The position numbers were made by a program, and so were the translations under genes. From Thermodesulfovibrionales bacterium (lineage in GTDB: Bacteria; Nitrospirota; Thermodesulfovibrionia; Thermodesulfovibrionales; UBA6898): 64,000 nucleotides of DNA. Below the pieces are notes generated by a model. It had not been told where the DNA came from. It did no database searches and worked only from the letters and a program-made list of their open reading frames with translations. The DNA is taken from assembly GCA_044450345.1 (NCBI GenBank), contig JBIOIY010000004.1, positions 64,001 through 128,000 of the forward strand, given 5' to 3'. Shown in pieces: positions 47,885 through 57,803 of the stretch (positions are counted from its first letter, which is position 1; each line of letters begins with the position of its first letter).

Positions 47885-49657
47885 ATGGAGGAAAAACTAT
47901 CGCGTGTTCCGGCGAAGCCCGGCATTTACCTTTTTAAAGACGAAAAAAACAGGGTCCTCTATGTAGGGAAGGCAAAAAACCTCAAAAACCGCCTCAGGAG
48001 TTATTTCCAGCGATCAGCCGCCCTCGACGAGAGAAAGGCCGCGATGATCCGGAGCGTGGCGGACTTCGAATTTACGGTCACCGGAAACGAACTTGAGGCA
48101 TTCGTACTTGAAGCGAACCTCATAAAGCAGTACAGGGCGCGGTACAACATACTCCTCAGGGACGACAAGAGCTATCCGTATCTGAAACTCACGGTCAACG
48201 AGACATGGCCCCGCCTGGAGGTGGTGAGAAGGATACAAAAGGACGGGGCAAAATACTTCGGTCCTTATGTTCCCGCAGGCGCGATGTGGGAAATCCTCTC
48301 TTTTATCAGGAATCATTTCACGATCAGGACCTGCAGCTATTCGCTCGAAAAGCGAATGAGGCCATGCATTCAGCGTCAGATCAAAAAATGCATCGCCCCC
48401 TGCGGCGGCAAGGTAGACCGCGATGAATATATGGGAATGGTCAATGAGGTGAGACTCCTGCTCGAGGGGAAGAACAAGGGGCTCATCGATATGCTCGAGA
48501 AAAAGATGAAGAGGCTGTCCGAGGAGATGCAGTATGAAGGGGCATCGCTCGTAAGAGACCGGATAAGGGCCATACGCCGGATATCTGAGACGCAGAAGGC
48601 GGTAGCCCCCGAACTCGGAGATATCGACGCGATCGGTATTTTCAGTGAGGAAGACAGGGCGGTCTTCAAAATATTGTTTATAAGAAACGGCATCATGATA
48701 GGGTCGAGGCACTTCTTCGTAAGCAACGTCTCAGGTGAAACGGACGGCTATCTCCTGAAGAACTTCATCAGCCAGTTTTATGGGAGAGAAATCATCCCGC
48801 CGCCCGAGGTGCTCTGCCCGTTGTTGCCTGATGATATGCCTGTCCTTTCGTCCTGGCTTTCTGAAAAACGCGGATCTGCGGTGAAGATCCCGGTGCCCAA
48901 AAGGGGCATCAGACGCGGACTCGTTGAAATGGCGCAGCAGAATGCAGAAGTCCTCTCACGGAGCGAAAAAGAGGCCGGGTGGCAGTCCACGCTGAGAGAG
49001 CTCGCCGCGTTTCTTGGACTCGAAAGGCCGCCCGCAGACATCGGGGCCTTCGATATCTCGAACATCTCCGGAAAGGAGCCGGTCGGGGCCTTTGTCTACT
49101 GGGCCGACGGCCGGTTTCAGAAACACAGATACAGACATATCAAGATGGACGCGGTGAAAGGGCCTGACGACTATTCAATGATGAAGGAGATGATCAGGAG
49201 GACGATCAGGAACCTGGAAGGGGATATGCCGGACCTTCTGATAATCGACGGCGGCAGGGCGCATCTCGACGCGGCCCTGGAGGTGTTTGAGGAAAGCGGC
49301 GCTGCCGGAACCGAGGCTGTGGGGCTTGCCAAGGACCCGGACAGGGTCTTCCTGAAAGAGAGCAAGGTCCCCCTCAGCCTCGAAGACGGCAATGCACATT
49401 CGCTTCTTTTGAAAAGGATAAGAGACGAGGTCCACCGTTTCGCGATAAGCTACCACAAAAAGCTCCGCGCAAAAAGGACCTTTGAATCGCCTCTTGAGAA
49501 GGTCCCGGGTGTTGCAAAAAAGAGGAGGTTTGCCTTGCTCAAGCATTTTGGCAGCATAGAGGCGATCAGAAACGCACCGGTGGAAGAGATCGCAGCATTG
49601 AAGGGGTTTCATAGGAAGATCGCAGAGAAGATCCATGAATCGCTATCGAATAAATGA
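47885..49657 (+). CDS. uvrC: Excinuclease ABC subunit C
   Basis: GIY..YVGKAKNL..R, LRDDKSYP, FDISN, IDGG, RDEVHRFA, HhH tail. Confidence 0.96.
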   Translation: MEEKLSRVPAKPGIYLFKDEKNRVLYVGKAKNLKNRLRSYFQRSAALDERKAAMIRSVADFEFTVTGNELEAFVLEANLIKQYRARYNILLRDDKSYPYLKLTVNETWPRLEVVRRIQKDGAKYFGPYVPAGAMWEILSFIRNHFTIRTCSYSLEKRMRPCIQRQIKKCIAPCGGKVDRDEYMGMVNEVRLLLEGKNKGLIDMLEKKMKRLSEEMQYEGASLVRDRIRAIRRISETQKAVAPELGDIDAIGIFSEEDRAVFKILFIRNGIMIGSRHFFVSNVSGETDGYLLKNFISQFYGREIIPPPEVLCPLLPDDMPVLSSWLSEKRGSAVKIPVPKRGIRRGLVEMAQQNAEVLSRSEKEAGWQSTLRELAAFLGLERPPADIGAFDISNISGKEPVGAFVYWADGRFQKHRYRHIKMDAVKGPDDYSMMKEMIRRTIRNLEGDMPDLLIIDGGRAHLDAALEVFEESGAAGTEAVGLAKDPDRVFLKESKVPLSLEDGNAHSLLLKRIRDEVHRFAISYHKKLRAKRTFESPLEKVPGVAKKRRFALLKHFGSIEAIRNAPVEEIAALKGFHRKIAEKIHESLSNK

Positions 49658-49707
49658 CAAAGGAGATTAATATTTTATAGATAATAAGTGATTAATAATG
49701 TATAATA

Positions 49708-50343
49708 GTGACTATGGAAGACACATTAACAGTAACAGCTGCAGCAAAGCGTCTTGGAGTTACAGTGAAGACTATGCAGCGGTGGGAACGAGAGGAGCGA
49801 CTGGTTCCAGCAGGGCGGACAGCAACTAATCGCCGTGTTTACACAGCGGGACAGCTTTCAAAATATCAAGGTATGCGGCTTGCTGGCGGTCAAGAGGCAA
49901 CAAGGGCAATCGCCTACTGTCGAGTATCGAGCACGACACAGAAACCGGATCTTCGTAATCAGCGACGGGTGCTGGAAGATTTTTGCGTTGCAAAAGGCAT
50001 GGCAAATGTCGAATTCATTGAGGAAGTGGGCGGAGGTCTGAATTTCAAACGCAAGCGATTTCTTCAGTTGATGGACGACATAGGAGCACGACAGGTCAAG
50101 ATTCTGGTGCTTGCGCATCGAGACCGTCTAACCCGATTCGGGTTCGAATGGTTTGAGCATTATGCGCGACATAATGGGTGCGAGGTTCTGGTGCTTAATC
50201 AGGAAAGGCTTTCACCGGAGCAGGAAATGGTGAAGGACCTTATGACCATCATCCATTGTTTTTCTTCAAGGGTGTATGGGTTGAGAAACTACAAAAAAAA
50301 GTTAAAGGAAGCACTGGAGCAGGACAAACAGAATGAGGCGTAA
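49708..50343 (+). CDS. tnpA: IS607 serine-recombinase transposase
   Basis: N-terminal MerR-like HTH, YCRVSS catalytic Ser, DRLTRFGF, FSSRVYGLR. Confidence 0.94.
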   Translation: MTMEDTLTVTAAAKRLGVTVKTMQRWEREERLVPAGRTATNRRVYTAGQLSKYQGMRLAGGQEATRAIAYCRVSSTTQKPDLRNQRRVLEDFCVAKGMANVEFIEEVGGGLNFKRKRFLQLMDDIGARQVKILVLAHRDRLTRFGFEWFEHYARHNGCEVLVLNQERLSPEQEMVKDLMTIIHCFSSRVYGLRNYKKKLKEALEQDKQNEA

Positions 50344-51685
50344 GAAACAGATTCCATTAGGACCGGTTATTCAGTTGAGTCATAAGATTACTCTTATTCC
50401 GGCAGAGGATCAGATATTTTACTTTGGGAAGGCTTGCGGCACAGCGCGCTTTACCTGGAACTGGGCCCTGACCGAATGGAATCGACAGTTTGACTCAGGA
50501 TTAAAGCCTAATGCCTATACACTCAAGAAGGAATTCAACGCCATCAAATACCAGCAGTACCCGTGGCTTGATGAAATCCATAGGGACGCTCACGCCGAAC
50601 CGTTTAATAATCTTGGCAGAGCATGGGCAACGTTCTTCAAATCCTGCCGGGAAGGTCGGGCCGCACATGCCCCTGTCTTCAAAAAGAAAGGTAAATGCAG
50701 AGATTCCTTCTATGTGGCCAATGACAAGTTCAAGGTCAACGGCAAAGTAATAACCTTGCCTATTGTCGGGAATGTCCTGATGCGTGAGGAATTACGCTTT
50801 CAGGGCAAGATAACGGGCGCTACCGTATCTCGCTCAGTTCATCACTGGTTTGTGGCTATCCAAGTGGAGATACCAGAACACTCAGCAAAACGAAAACGTA
50901 ATGCAGACGGTATAGAAGGCGTAGACCTTGGTATAACGTCCGCTGCCACACTCTCCACTGGTGAGAAATTCCATGCGCCAAAACCTCTTGAGGGTCTACT
51001 CCGCAGACTTAAGATAAGGTCTCGAAGTCTATCGCGTAAGCTGGAGGCTGCCAAGATCAAGGCAGGCATCAGGCGCGGTTGCAAAGTAACCAAGGGTACT
51101 CGGCTCCCGGTATCCAGTAATCGCAAAAAGGCATCAGACATATTGGCGAGACTACATTATCGGGTAGCAAATGTGAGAAAAGACTTCCTCCATAAGACGA
51201 CTACTCGGATCTGCCGCGAAAACCAAGCGGTGGGTATCGAGAGCCTGAATGTCGCCGATATGTTGAAGAATGAGAGGCTTGCCCGTGCCATCTCTGATAT
51301 AGGCATGGGGGAGTTTGCACGGCAGATGAAGTACAAGGTAAAACTGTTTGATACAAGACTTACTGAGGCGGATCGATGGTTTCCATCGTCCAAAAAATGC
51401 TGTTTTTGTGGCTTTGTGTATAGAGGATTAAAGCTGTCCGACAGGGTTTGGACCTGTTCGAATTGCGGTATTGCCCACGACAGGGACATAAATGCAGCAG
51501 AAAATCTCAAACAGCTGGCAACTGTCACAACTGCTCTACCCTTGGCGAGCATCCCAGTAATGGGAAGCACGGATGCATCACAAGTATTGTCCGGAGGGAA
51601 AGTTACGCCTGTCAGTTATGATTCTGTCTGCAAGAAGAATCAGGGCAGGAAAAAGAATGTGCACGTTTATGCACATTCGGAATAG
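50333..51685 (+). CDS. tnpB: TnpB RNA-guided RuvC nuclease
   Basis: GTARFTWNW HTH; RuvC GVDLG, IESL, DRDINAA; Zn finger CCFC..CSNC. Confidence 0.94.
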   Translation: MRRKKQIPLGPVIQLSHKITLIPAEDQIFYFGKACGTARFTWNWALTEWNRQFDSGLKPNAYTLKKEFNAIKYQQYPWLDEIHRDAHAEPFNNLGRAWATFFKSCREGRAAHAPVFKKKGKCRDSFYVANDKFKVNGKVITLPIVGNVLMREELRFQGKITGATVSRSVHHWFVAIQVEIPEHSAKRKRNADGIEGVDLGITSAATLSTGEKFHAPKPLEGLLRRLKIRSRSLSRKLEAAKIKAGIRRGCKVTKGTRLPVSSNRKKASDILARLHYRVANVRKDFLHKTTTRICRENQAVGIESLNVADMLKNERLARAISDIGMGEFARQMKYKVKLFDTRLTEADRWFPSSKKCCFCGFVYRGLKLSDRVWTCSNCGIAHDRDINAAENLKQLATVTTALPLASIPVMGSTDASQVLSGGKVTPVSYDSVCKKNQGRKKNVHVYAHSE

Positions 51686-51688
51686 CAG
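51560..51688 (+). ncRNA. Putative omega/re-RNA scaffold of TnpB (5' boundary approximate)
   Basis: Right-end hairpins overlapping the tnpB 3' end, e.g. GAATGTGCA-cgttta-TGCACATTC (51655-51678) and TGATTCT..AGAATCA. Confidence 0.55.
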
Positions 51689-51693
51689 ATTAA

Positions 51694-52626
51694 ATGAACA
51701 TATACATTTCTGGCTCTCTTGCATACGACAGGATCATGGACTTCCCAGGAAGGTTTTCCGACCATATCCTGCCGGATAAGATCCACATTCTAAATGTCTG
51801 TTTCACGGTAAACGGCATGGTCGAAAAGTTCGGCGGCACCGCAGGCAATGTCGCGTATTCACTCAGTCTGCTCGGAGAAAGACCCGTGATAGTGGCAGCT
51901 ATAGGCAAGGACTACGGGACATATTTCGAGTGGCTCCGGAAAAACGGCATACCTCTTGACGGCATCCGTATAGTCGAGGACGAATTCACGGCAGGCGCGT
52001 ATATAACTACGGACAAGGCTGACAACCAGATAACCGGGTTCAATCCCGGCGCTATGAAGTACCAGGCTGAGTTCGACTTCGGTGACCGGGATCCGGAGTA
52101 TTCGATATGCCTTATCGCTCCGGGAAATCTCAGGGACATGATTGAATACTCCGCCGCCTGCAGGGACAAGGGGATAAAATATATCTGTGACCCGGGGCAG
52201 TCGCTTACTCAGTGGGACGGAAAGGCGCTGAGGGACTGGATCGAAGGCTCTACGGTCCTGATCTCGAATGATTACGAACTCGAGCTGATAATGAAGCTGA
52301 CCGGGATGGACAAGAAAAGTCTGCGTGGCCTCACAGGGACGATCATCACGACTATCGGTGAAAAAGGCTCCCTTGTGAGCACCGCCTCTTCAGACGACGA
52401 CATAGGGGTCGCAAGGGTGACCGGCGTTATGGACCCCACCGGAGCCGGAGATGCTTACAGGGCCGGTTTGTTGAAAGGGCTTGCCATGGGAAAGGACATC
52501 CTGACGTCGGCAAAGATGGGTGCGGTCGTAGCCGCATATGCCGTCGAGAAATACGGCACGCAGGAGCACAGGTTTTCCTATGAAGACTTTCTCAAAAGGT
52601 ACAAGGAGAATTTCGGGGTGATGTAG
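51694..52626 (+). CDS. PfkB-family carbohydrate/nucleoside kinase (adenosine kinase-like)
   Basis: GSLAYD, GGTAGN, DPGQ, DPTGAGDAYRAG. Confidence 0.92.
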   Translation: MNIYISGSLAYDRIMDFPGRFSDHILPDKIHILNVCFTVNGMVEKFGGTAGNVAYSLSLLGERPVIVAAIGKDYGTYFEWLRKNGIPLDGIRIVEDEFTAGAYITTDKADNQITGFNPGAMKYQAEFDFGDRDPEYSICLIAPGNLRDMIEYSAACRDKGIKYICDPGQSLTQWDGKALRDWIEGSTVLISNDYELELIMKLTGMDKKSLRGLTGTIITTIGEKGSLVSTASSDDDIGVARVTGVMDPTGAGDAYRAGLLKGLAMGKDILTSAKMGAVVAAYAVEKYGTQEHRFSYEDFLKRYKENFGVM

Positions 52627-52682
52627 AACAGTTCAGTTCCTGCTTGCTATGAATACCGCGGCAGGGACGATATAATGAAAAC

Positions 52683-53723
52683 ATGATCAACGAAGAAGCG
52701 ATAAAGTCTTATCTCTTTAAGAAATTCGATGACATAGTCGGTATTAATATCAGCAAGCTCGGTTCGGGGGTGCAGGGTTCGGGGTTCAATGTAGAGATGA
52801 AGACCGCCCGGGGATTGAGATCATACGTTGTAAAGGGGCTTCTTTCCGAAGGGCTCGGGCATGATTATCCCTCTGACCGCGCGGCGGTATTTCTTCTCGA
52901 CCTTGATGAATACGAAAACCTGCCGCGTCATGTAAAGGCAATCGACGTGTTGGCCGAGATGCGCGACGGAACGGTAAAATCGATCGGCGGCGCAAGGGAA
53001 TATTATCTGCTTATGGAGAAGGCCGTGGGAGCTGATTACTTTTGTGACCTCAGGGACTTTTCGAAGAAAGAGCGCCTGGACGACCGCGATAAAAGAAAGA
53101 TCAGGGCGATGGCGGCATACCTGGCTGAGATCCATTCGGTCAGGAAGGATTCGAAGGCACTCTACTGGCGAAAGCTTAGGGACACCATTGGCCACGGCGA
53201 ATGTCTGATGGGTGTTTTCGATACCTATCCCGACGGCACGCTCAGTTATGGGGAGATGGCGGAGATAGAGAAAAGGTGCGTTGAATGGAGGGCGCGGCTT
53301 AAACCGCTTTCAAAGCGGCTGTCACAGATTCATGGAGATTTTCATCCCGGCAACATATGGTTCAGGGGTGATGAGGATTTCGTCTTGCTCGACAGGTCCA
53401 GGGGGCCATGGGGTGAGCCTGCCGATGACGTTACCGCACTTGCCATAAACTATATTTTTTTTTCTATCAGGAACTACGGAGACGTCAGGGACGCCTATCT
53501 CGAAGGGCTGAAGCTGTTTTTCGATGAATATGTCGGCGCATCCGGAGATAAGGAGCTGAACGGCGTGGTCGCACCTTTTCTTGCCTTCAGGACGGTAGTT
53601 GTTGCAAACCCTGTTTTTTATCCCGGCGTAACTCCGGAAAAGAGAGCGGTACTATTAAGGTTTTGCAGAAATGTGCTTGATCGCAGCATCTTCATGCCCG
53701 GTGAGGTGAATAGTTACCTGTGA
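52683..53723 (+). CDS. Aminoglycoside-phosphotransferase-like kinase
   Basis: HGDFHPGN, LLDRS, GEPADD. Confidence 0.8.
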   Translation: MINEEAIKSYLFKKFDDIVGINISKLGSGVQGSGFNVEMKTARGLRSYVVKGLLSEGLGHDYPSDRAAVFLLDLDEYENLPRHVKAIDVLAEMRDGTVKSIGGAREYYLLMEKAVGADYFCDLRDFSKKERLDDRDKRKIRAMAAYLAEIHSVRKDSKALYWRKLRDTIGHGECLMGVFDTYPDGTLSYGEMAEIEKRCVEWRARLKPLSKRLSQIHGDFHPGNIWFRGDEDFVLLDRSRGPWGEPADDVTALAINYIFFSIRNYGDVRDAYLEGLKLFFDEYVGASGDKELNGVVAPFLAFRTVVVANPVFYPGVTPEKRAVLLRFCRNVLDRSIFMPGEVNSYL

Positions 53724-54394
53724 TTCGAAAACTTAAGATAGGTTTCCCACACCGCAAGAAGTTCTCTTGTGGCCCTCAGATCGCCCGCGCAATATCTGGC
53801 GATATCGACATGCTTTCCTGACTGGAAAAGTTCTTTTACCTGGTGTCCGGTTATGCCGTCTTCTTTGGGACTTTTGATGCCGAAGGTCCTGCACCACATG
53901 TCCAGGCTGAATCTCCGGCGGGACGCACCGAAGAAGGTGAGCTGGTCGAAGAGGTCGATATGGGCGTCTCCGTAACGGTTCGGCATGAGCTCCCTTTTCG
54001 GTCTGATCTTATGGACCGCCGAACGCACCATAATGAAAGGGCAGTCGAAGCCTCTTCCGTTGAACGTGATAAATTGGTCGTAGCTCTTTGCCGCGTCCCA
54101 GAACTTTACGAGGATCTCTTCCTCGGTCGCAGTCTCGTAACGTATGCCTTCTTCATCGAAAGGCAGAAGCGGTTCGCCGGTATTCTGAAAATACACAGCG
54201 CCTTTGCCGCTGTCGGGGTTGAGCATGCCGATGGCGATTATCTCGCCTGTGAGGGGGTAGAGAGAGAGGCTTTCTTCTACTTCCTTCCTTTCTTCGCCGG
54301 ATTCCGCCCACCGCAGTAAATACTCCTGCACGGGTTTTTCAAGGGAGTCGAAATCTCTTCCGGCAGTCTCTATATCGAATATGATACGCGACAT
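53714..54394 (-). CDS. DEDD 3'-5' exonuclease (PolB-exo2/RNase H-like)
   Basis: FDIET, TFNGRGFD and YCAGD motifs. Confidence 0.85.
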   Translation of the reverse strand: MSRIIFDIETAGRDFDSLEKPVQEYLLRWAESGEERKEVEESLSLYPLTGEIIAIGMLNPDSGKGAVYFQNTGEPLLPFDEEGIRYETATEEEILVKFWDAAKSYDQFITFNGRGFDCPFIMVRSAVHKIRPKRELMPNRYGDAHIDLFDQLTFFGASRRRFSLDMWCRTFGIKSPKEDGITGHQVKELFQSGKHVDIARYCAGDLRATRELLAVWETYLKFSNHR

Positions 54395-54461
54395 ATCTTA
54401 AAAAAGTGAGTAGCTAAAAACACCATTTCTTCTCTGCGATTTGGTTACTTCTCTTCGCTTC

Positions 54462-55772
54462 TTACTGTTTTCCGTCTTGCGATTCTTTCGGGACGCCCTT
54501 GAATACGTTCCATGTCTTCAGTATGTCCACCGCACGCTGGAGCTGGATATCGTCTTTTTCATCCACCTCCATCGGCGCCGTCTCAATCTCTTCAGGCTTT
54601 TGGTCCATCTGTTCGTTTTTTAAGTGCCTTTCGAGGTCCTTTTCCCTCAGGACCGGATGTTCTTTGACGCCGTTCTTCGCTTCGAGCTTCAGCACGATGT
54701 CAGGCGTAATGCCTGTGTTCTGGATCGATATGCCCTTCGGGGTATAGTATTTCGCTGTGGTAAGTCTCAGGCCCGCACCGTCGCTGAGTGGGATCACCGT
54801 CTGGACGGACCCCTTGCCGAAGGTCTGTGTGCCGAGGATAACGGCACGGTTCCAGTCCTTCAGCGCTCCCGCCACTATTTCGGAAGCGCTTGCGCTGCCC
54901 TGGTTGACGAGCACGATCATGGGCGGGGTAAAGTTTGTGTCGCCTTCGGTGAAGAACTCGGACTTTTCGCCCGACCTTGTCTTGGTATAAACCACGAGTT
55001 TTCCCTTCGGCAGGAATTTGCTCGTCACATCGATGGCGCTGTTTAAAAGGCCGCCCGGATTGTTTCTGAGATCGAGCACGAGGGAGTTCACTTTTTCTTC
55101 GGTCAGCTTATTAACGGCCGCGGCAAGGTCTGATGCCGTCTGCTCCTGGAACTGGCTGATCTTTATATAACCGACCTTGTCTTCGAGGACCTTTGACTTG
55201 ACGCTCTTTATCTTAATGATCTCCCTTAGCAGGGTAAAATCCTTCGGGCCTTCCAAACCCTCACGGAGGACGCTGATGGTGACCGGCGTCTTGGGGGCGC
55301 CCCGCATCTTCGTAACCGCGTCCTGGAGGGACATGTCTATTGTCGATTCCTTATTGATCTTTACGATCTTGTCGCCGGCCTTGATTCCCGCGCGATAGGC
55401 AGGGGTGTCTTCTATCGGCGCTATTACAGTCAGGAATTTGTCTTTTATGCCTATCTGAATGCCGAGCCCGCCGAACTCTCCTTTTGTCTCAACCTGCATT
55501 TCCTTATATGCATCAGGAGGCATGAAGCTGGAATGCGGGTCGAGAGAACTCAGCATACCCTTTATCGCGCCGTATATGAGGTCCTTGGTCTTTACCTCTT
55601 CGACATAATATTTTCTGACCATCGACATGACCTCGGTAAAGGTCTTGAGCTCCTCGTATCCTTCGCCGGCCGCGCTCACGCTGGTTACGGACAACCTGCC
55701 GATCGAGACGCTGACCGCCGCCACCACGACCACCAGCATCAAGATTAACGCCGTTCTCTTGGCTTTCATCAA
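54462..55772 (-). CDS. ctpA: Carboxyl-terminal processing protease (S41, PDZ)
   Basis: LDPHS, GLGIQI, LDLRNNPGG, SASASE, TFGKG. Confidence 0.95.
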   Translation of the reverse strand: MMKAKRTALILMLVVVVAAVSVSIGRLSVTSVSAAGEGYEELKTFTEVMSMVRKYYVEEVKTKDLIYGAIKGMLSSLDPHSSFMPPDAYKEMQVETKGEFGGLGIQIGIKDKFLTVIAPIEDTPAYRAGIKAGDKIVKINKESTIDMSLQDAVTKMRGAPKTPVTISVLREGLEGPKDFTLLREIIKIKSVKSKVLEDKVGYIKISQFQEQTASDLAAAVNKLTEEKVNSLVLDLRNNPGGLLNSAIDVTSKFLPKGKLVVYTKTRSGEKSEFFTEGDTNFTPPMIVLVNQGSASASEIVAGALKDWNRAVILGTQTFGKGSVQTVIPLSDGAGLRLTTAKYYTPKGISIQNTGITPDIVLKLEAKNGVKEHPVLREKDLERHLKNEQMDQKPEEIETAPMEVDEKDDIQLQRAVDILKTWNVFKGVPKESQDGKQ

Positions 55773-55785
55773 ATAACCTCCTGAA

Positions 55786-56922
55786 TTATCCTCTTCTTCG
55801 TTTCAACCACTGCACCGGATCGAGGGGCTTTCCTTTATACCTGATTTCGAAGTAAAGACCCGGGGCATTCAAGATGCCCGATGTCCCGACTCTTCCTATA
55901 ACCTGACTTTCTTTTATTATATCCCCAACGTGAGAAAAAATCTCCGAAAGATTTCCGTAAAGGGTATGATATCCGTTGCCGTGATTGATAATGACGAGCT
56001 GCCCGAAGCCTTTGAACCACTCGGCGAAGATAACCTTTCCTTCATAGACAGACCTCGCGTCCGAATCCGCAGGGGTCTGTATATGTACGCCGTTCCTGAA
56101 TACCGGAGTGGAGAATTGGGGGTCTTTCTGCGAACCGTACGGGACGGCGATTTTGCCCTCCGCGGGCCATGGGAGTTTTCCCCTGAACCGCGTAAAACCG
56201 GTTCCGGAGCCTGTATAGGTATCTGTTTTCGATGACTTCGTGATCAGGTCAAGAAGCCTTTTCGACGCCTCCTTCAGTTCCGCGATCATTCTCTGGTGCG
56301 ACGCCTTTTCCTTTCGTACTGAAGAAAGGATGACTACCTTTGACTGCCGTTCACCCGCAAGTTCCTTTTCCTTGGTCTTGACCTTGTCGGTGTCCGTTTT
56401 GAGCTCTGCCTTGAGGACCCGAAGTCTCTCATATTTCTCATTGAATCTCTTCAGGTTGTCGCGGTAATCGCCGAGGACCTTGTGCTCGTAGAGCGTGATG
56501 TTTTCGAGGTATTTCCATATCCTCATCATCTGGGAAACATCTTCGGCGCTCATAAGGAGCACGAGCATGTCGCCTGAATAGCCGAATTTCTGCATGACCA
56601 TCAGTTTTCTCTTCAGCCATTCCTTCTGCTTCTCCAGGACGCCTTTTGTTTTTTCGATGTCGGATGTGACGGATGAAATTTCCGCTTCCGTCCGTCTCAG
56701 GTCCTTTCGGTACTTGCTCAGCTCCGTCTCGGTCTTCTCCAGTCGCATATTGACGCCCTCGATCTCGCCGAGTATGGACGATTCCCGTTCCTGGGCCTCC
56801 CTGAGCTTTTCTTTCTGTTCCGACATCTTCTCCTGAAGCTTCCTGTATTCTTCTTCGTGGGTGGCGCCGGCGCTGACTGAGGAAAACAAAAGAACGAAAA
56901 GGAGGGGGAAGACCAGGAACAT
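55786..56922 (-). CDS. envC: Murein hydrolase activator EnvC (coiled coil + M23); start at MFLVF
   Basis: GKLPWP, degenerate M23 (GFGQLVIINHG, LYFEIR); TGATG coupling to ftsX. Confidence 0.88.
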   Translation of the reverse strand: MFLVFPLLFVLLFSSVSAGATHEEEYRKLQEKMSEQKEKLREAQERESSILGEIEGVNMRLEKTETELSKYRKDLRRTEAEISSVTSDIEKTKGVLEKQKEWLKRKLMVMQKFGYSGDMLVLLMSAEDVSQMMRIWKYLENITLYEHKVLGDYRDNLKRFNEKYERLRVLKAELKTDTDKVKTKEKELAGERQSKVVILSSVRKEKASHQRMIAELKEASKRLLDLITKSSKTDTYTGSGTGFTRFRGKLPWPAEGKIAVPYGSQKDPQFSTPVFRNGVHIQTPADSDARSVYEGKVIFAEWFKGFGQLVIINHGNGYHTLYGNLSEIFSHVGDIIKESQVIGRVGTSGILNAPGLYFEIRYKGKPLDPVQWLKRRRG

Positions 56923-57803
56923 CAGTATCTCAGCCTTCCGAGGGCTATGACCGCGCCTGTTATCCCGAGGAACATTCCGATGAAAGGCAGCGGGAGGAAC
57001 AGGTCCGAAGGGAAGAGTATCATCTTGAAGATCGGCATTGCAACGCTGAGCCTCAGGATGACGAGATAATAAAAGGCGAAGACGCCGAGGAGGCTCAGGA
57101 TGCCTCCGGCCGTCCCGATGACGGCGCCTTCTATAAGGAAAGGGGTCCTGATGAACCCCTTTGTAGCTCCGAGCAGCTTGAAGGTTTCGATCTCGTCCTT
57201 TCGTCTGTAAAAGAGTATCTTTACCGTGCTGTAACATACAAAGACGATGCCCGTCGACAGTATTGCGATGAGCATGATCCCTATCGTTTTTAGTCCGACC
57301 TTCAGATAGTTGAGGGTGGCGAGAAACTTTTCCGCATAATCCACCTCTTTCACTCCCTTTATCTTCAGGGCCTCATCGGCGAGTTTCCTGACAGTCTCCG
57401 GTCCCAATGCATCTTTCTTCAGCTTTACCTCGAGGGCATCGGGCAACGGGTTATCATCGAGCCCCTCGAAGACATAGTTCGAATTCTTCAGTACCGCCTT
57501 CATTTCCTTCAAGGCCTCTTCTTTCGGGATGTACTTGACCGCAAGGACTGCGTTCTGCCTTCTGAGGGCGCCGATTGCGGAATCGATTTTGTCTTTCTGG
57601 ATGTCCTTGTCGAGGTAGAGTATCAACGAAAATTTTTCAGGAAGGCTCTTGGTGGCTGCGTCGATGTTGTATACGGAGAACAACGCCAGGCTGATGATGA
57701 GGAGTCCCGAGGCGATGGTAAGGACCGAAAGGATATTTATCCATTTTTCCCTGACCATGCTCTGCAGAGCCAGGGCGAATGCATAAGGCGAAGGGAGCAT
57801 CAT
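56922..57803 (-). CDS. ftsX: Cell division permease FtsX
   Basis: NPLP, RKDEIE..KLLGAT..FIR.PF..EG. Confidence 0.92.
   Translation of the reverse strand: MMLPSPYAFALALQSMVREKWINILSVLTIASGLLIISLALFSVYNIDAATKSLPEKFSLILYLDKDIQKDKIDSAIGALRRQNAVLAVKYIPKEEALKEMKAVLKNSNYVFEGLDDNPLPDALEVKLKKDALGPETVRKLADEALKIKGVKEVDYAEKFLATLNYLKVGLKTIGIMLIAILSTGIVFVCYSTVKILFYRRKDEIETFKLLGATKGFIRTPFLIEGAVIGTAGGILSLLGVFAFYYLVILRLSVAMPIFKMILFPSDLFLPLPFIGMFLGITGAVIALGRLRY

Larger units (their letters stand above)
49666..51688 (+). mobile_element. IS607-family insertion sequence (tnpA + tnpB)
   Basis: Serine-recombinase tnpA overlapping tnpB; both junctions share AGATTAA; removal restores AAGGAG-ATTAA-ATG; exact crossover ambiguous within 7 bp. 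Confidence 0.88.

Noticed and set aside
56923..57237. N-terminal extension of envC in the ORF track
   Set aside because: Overlaps ftsX; the signal peptide and TGATG coupling place the start at 56922
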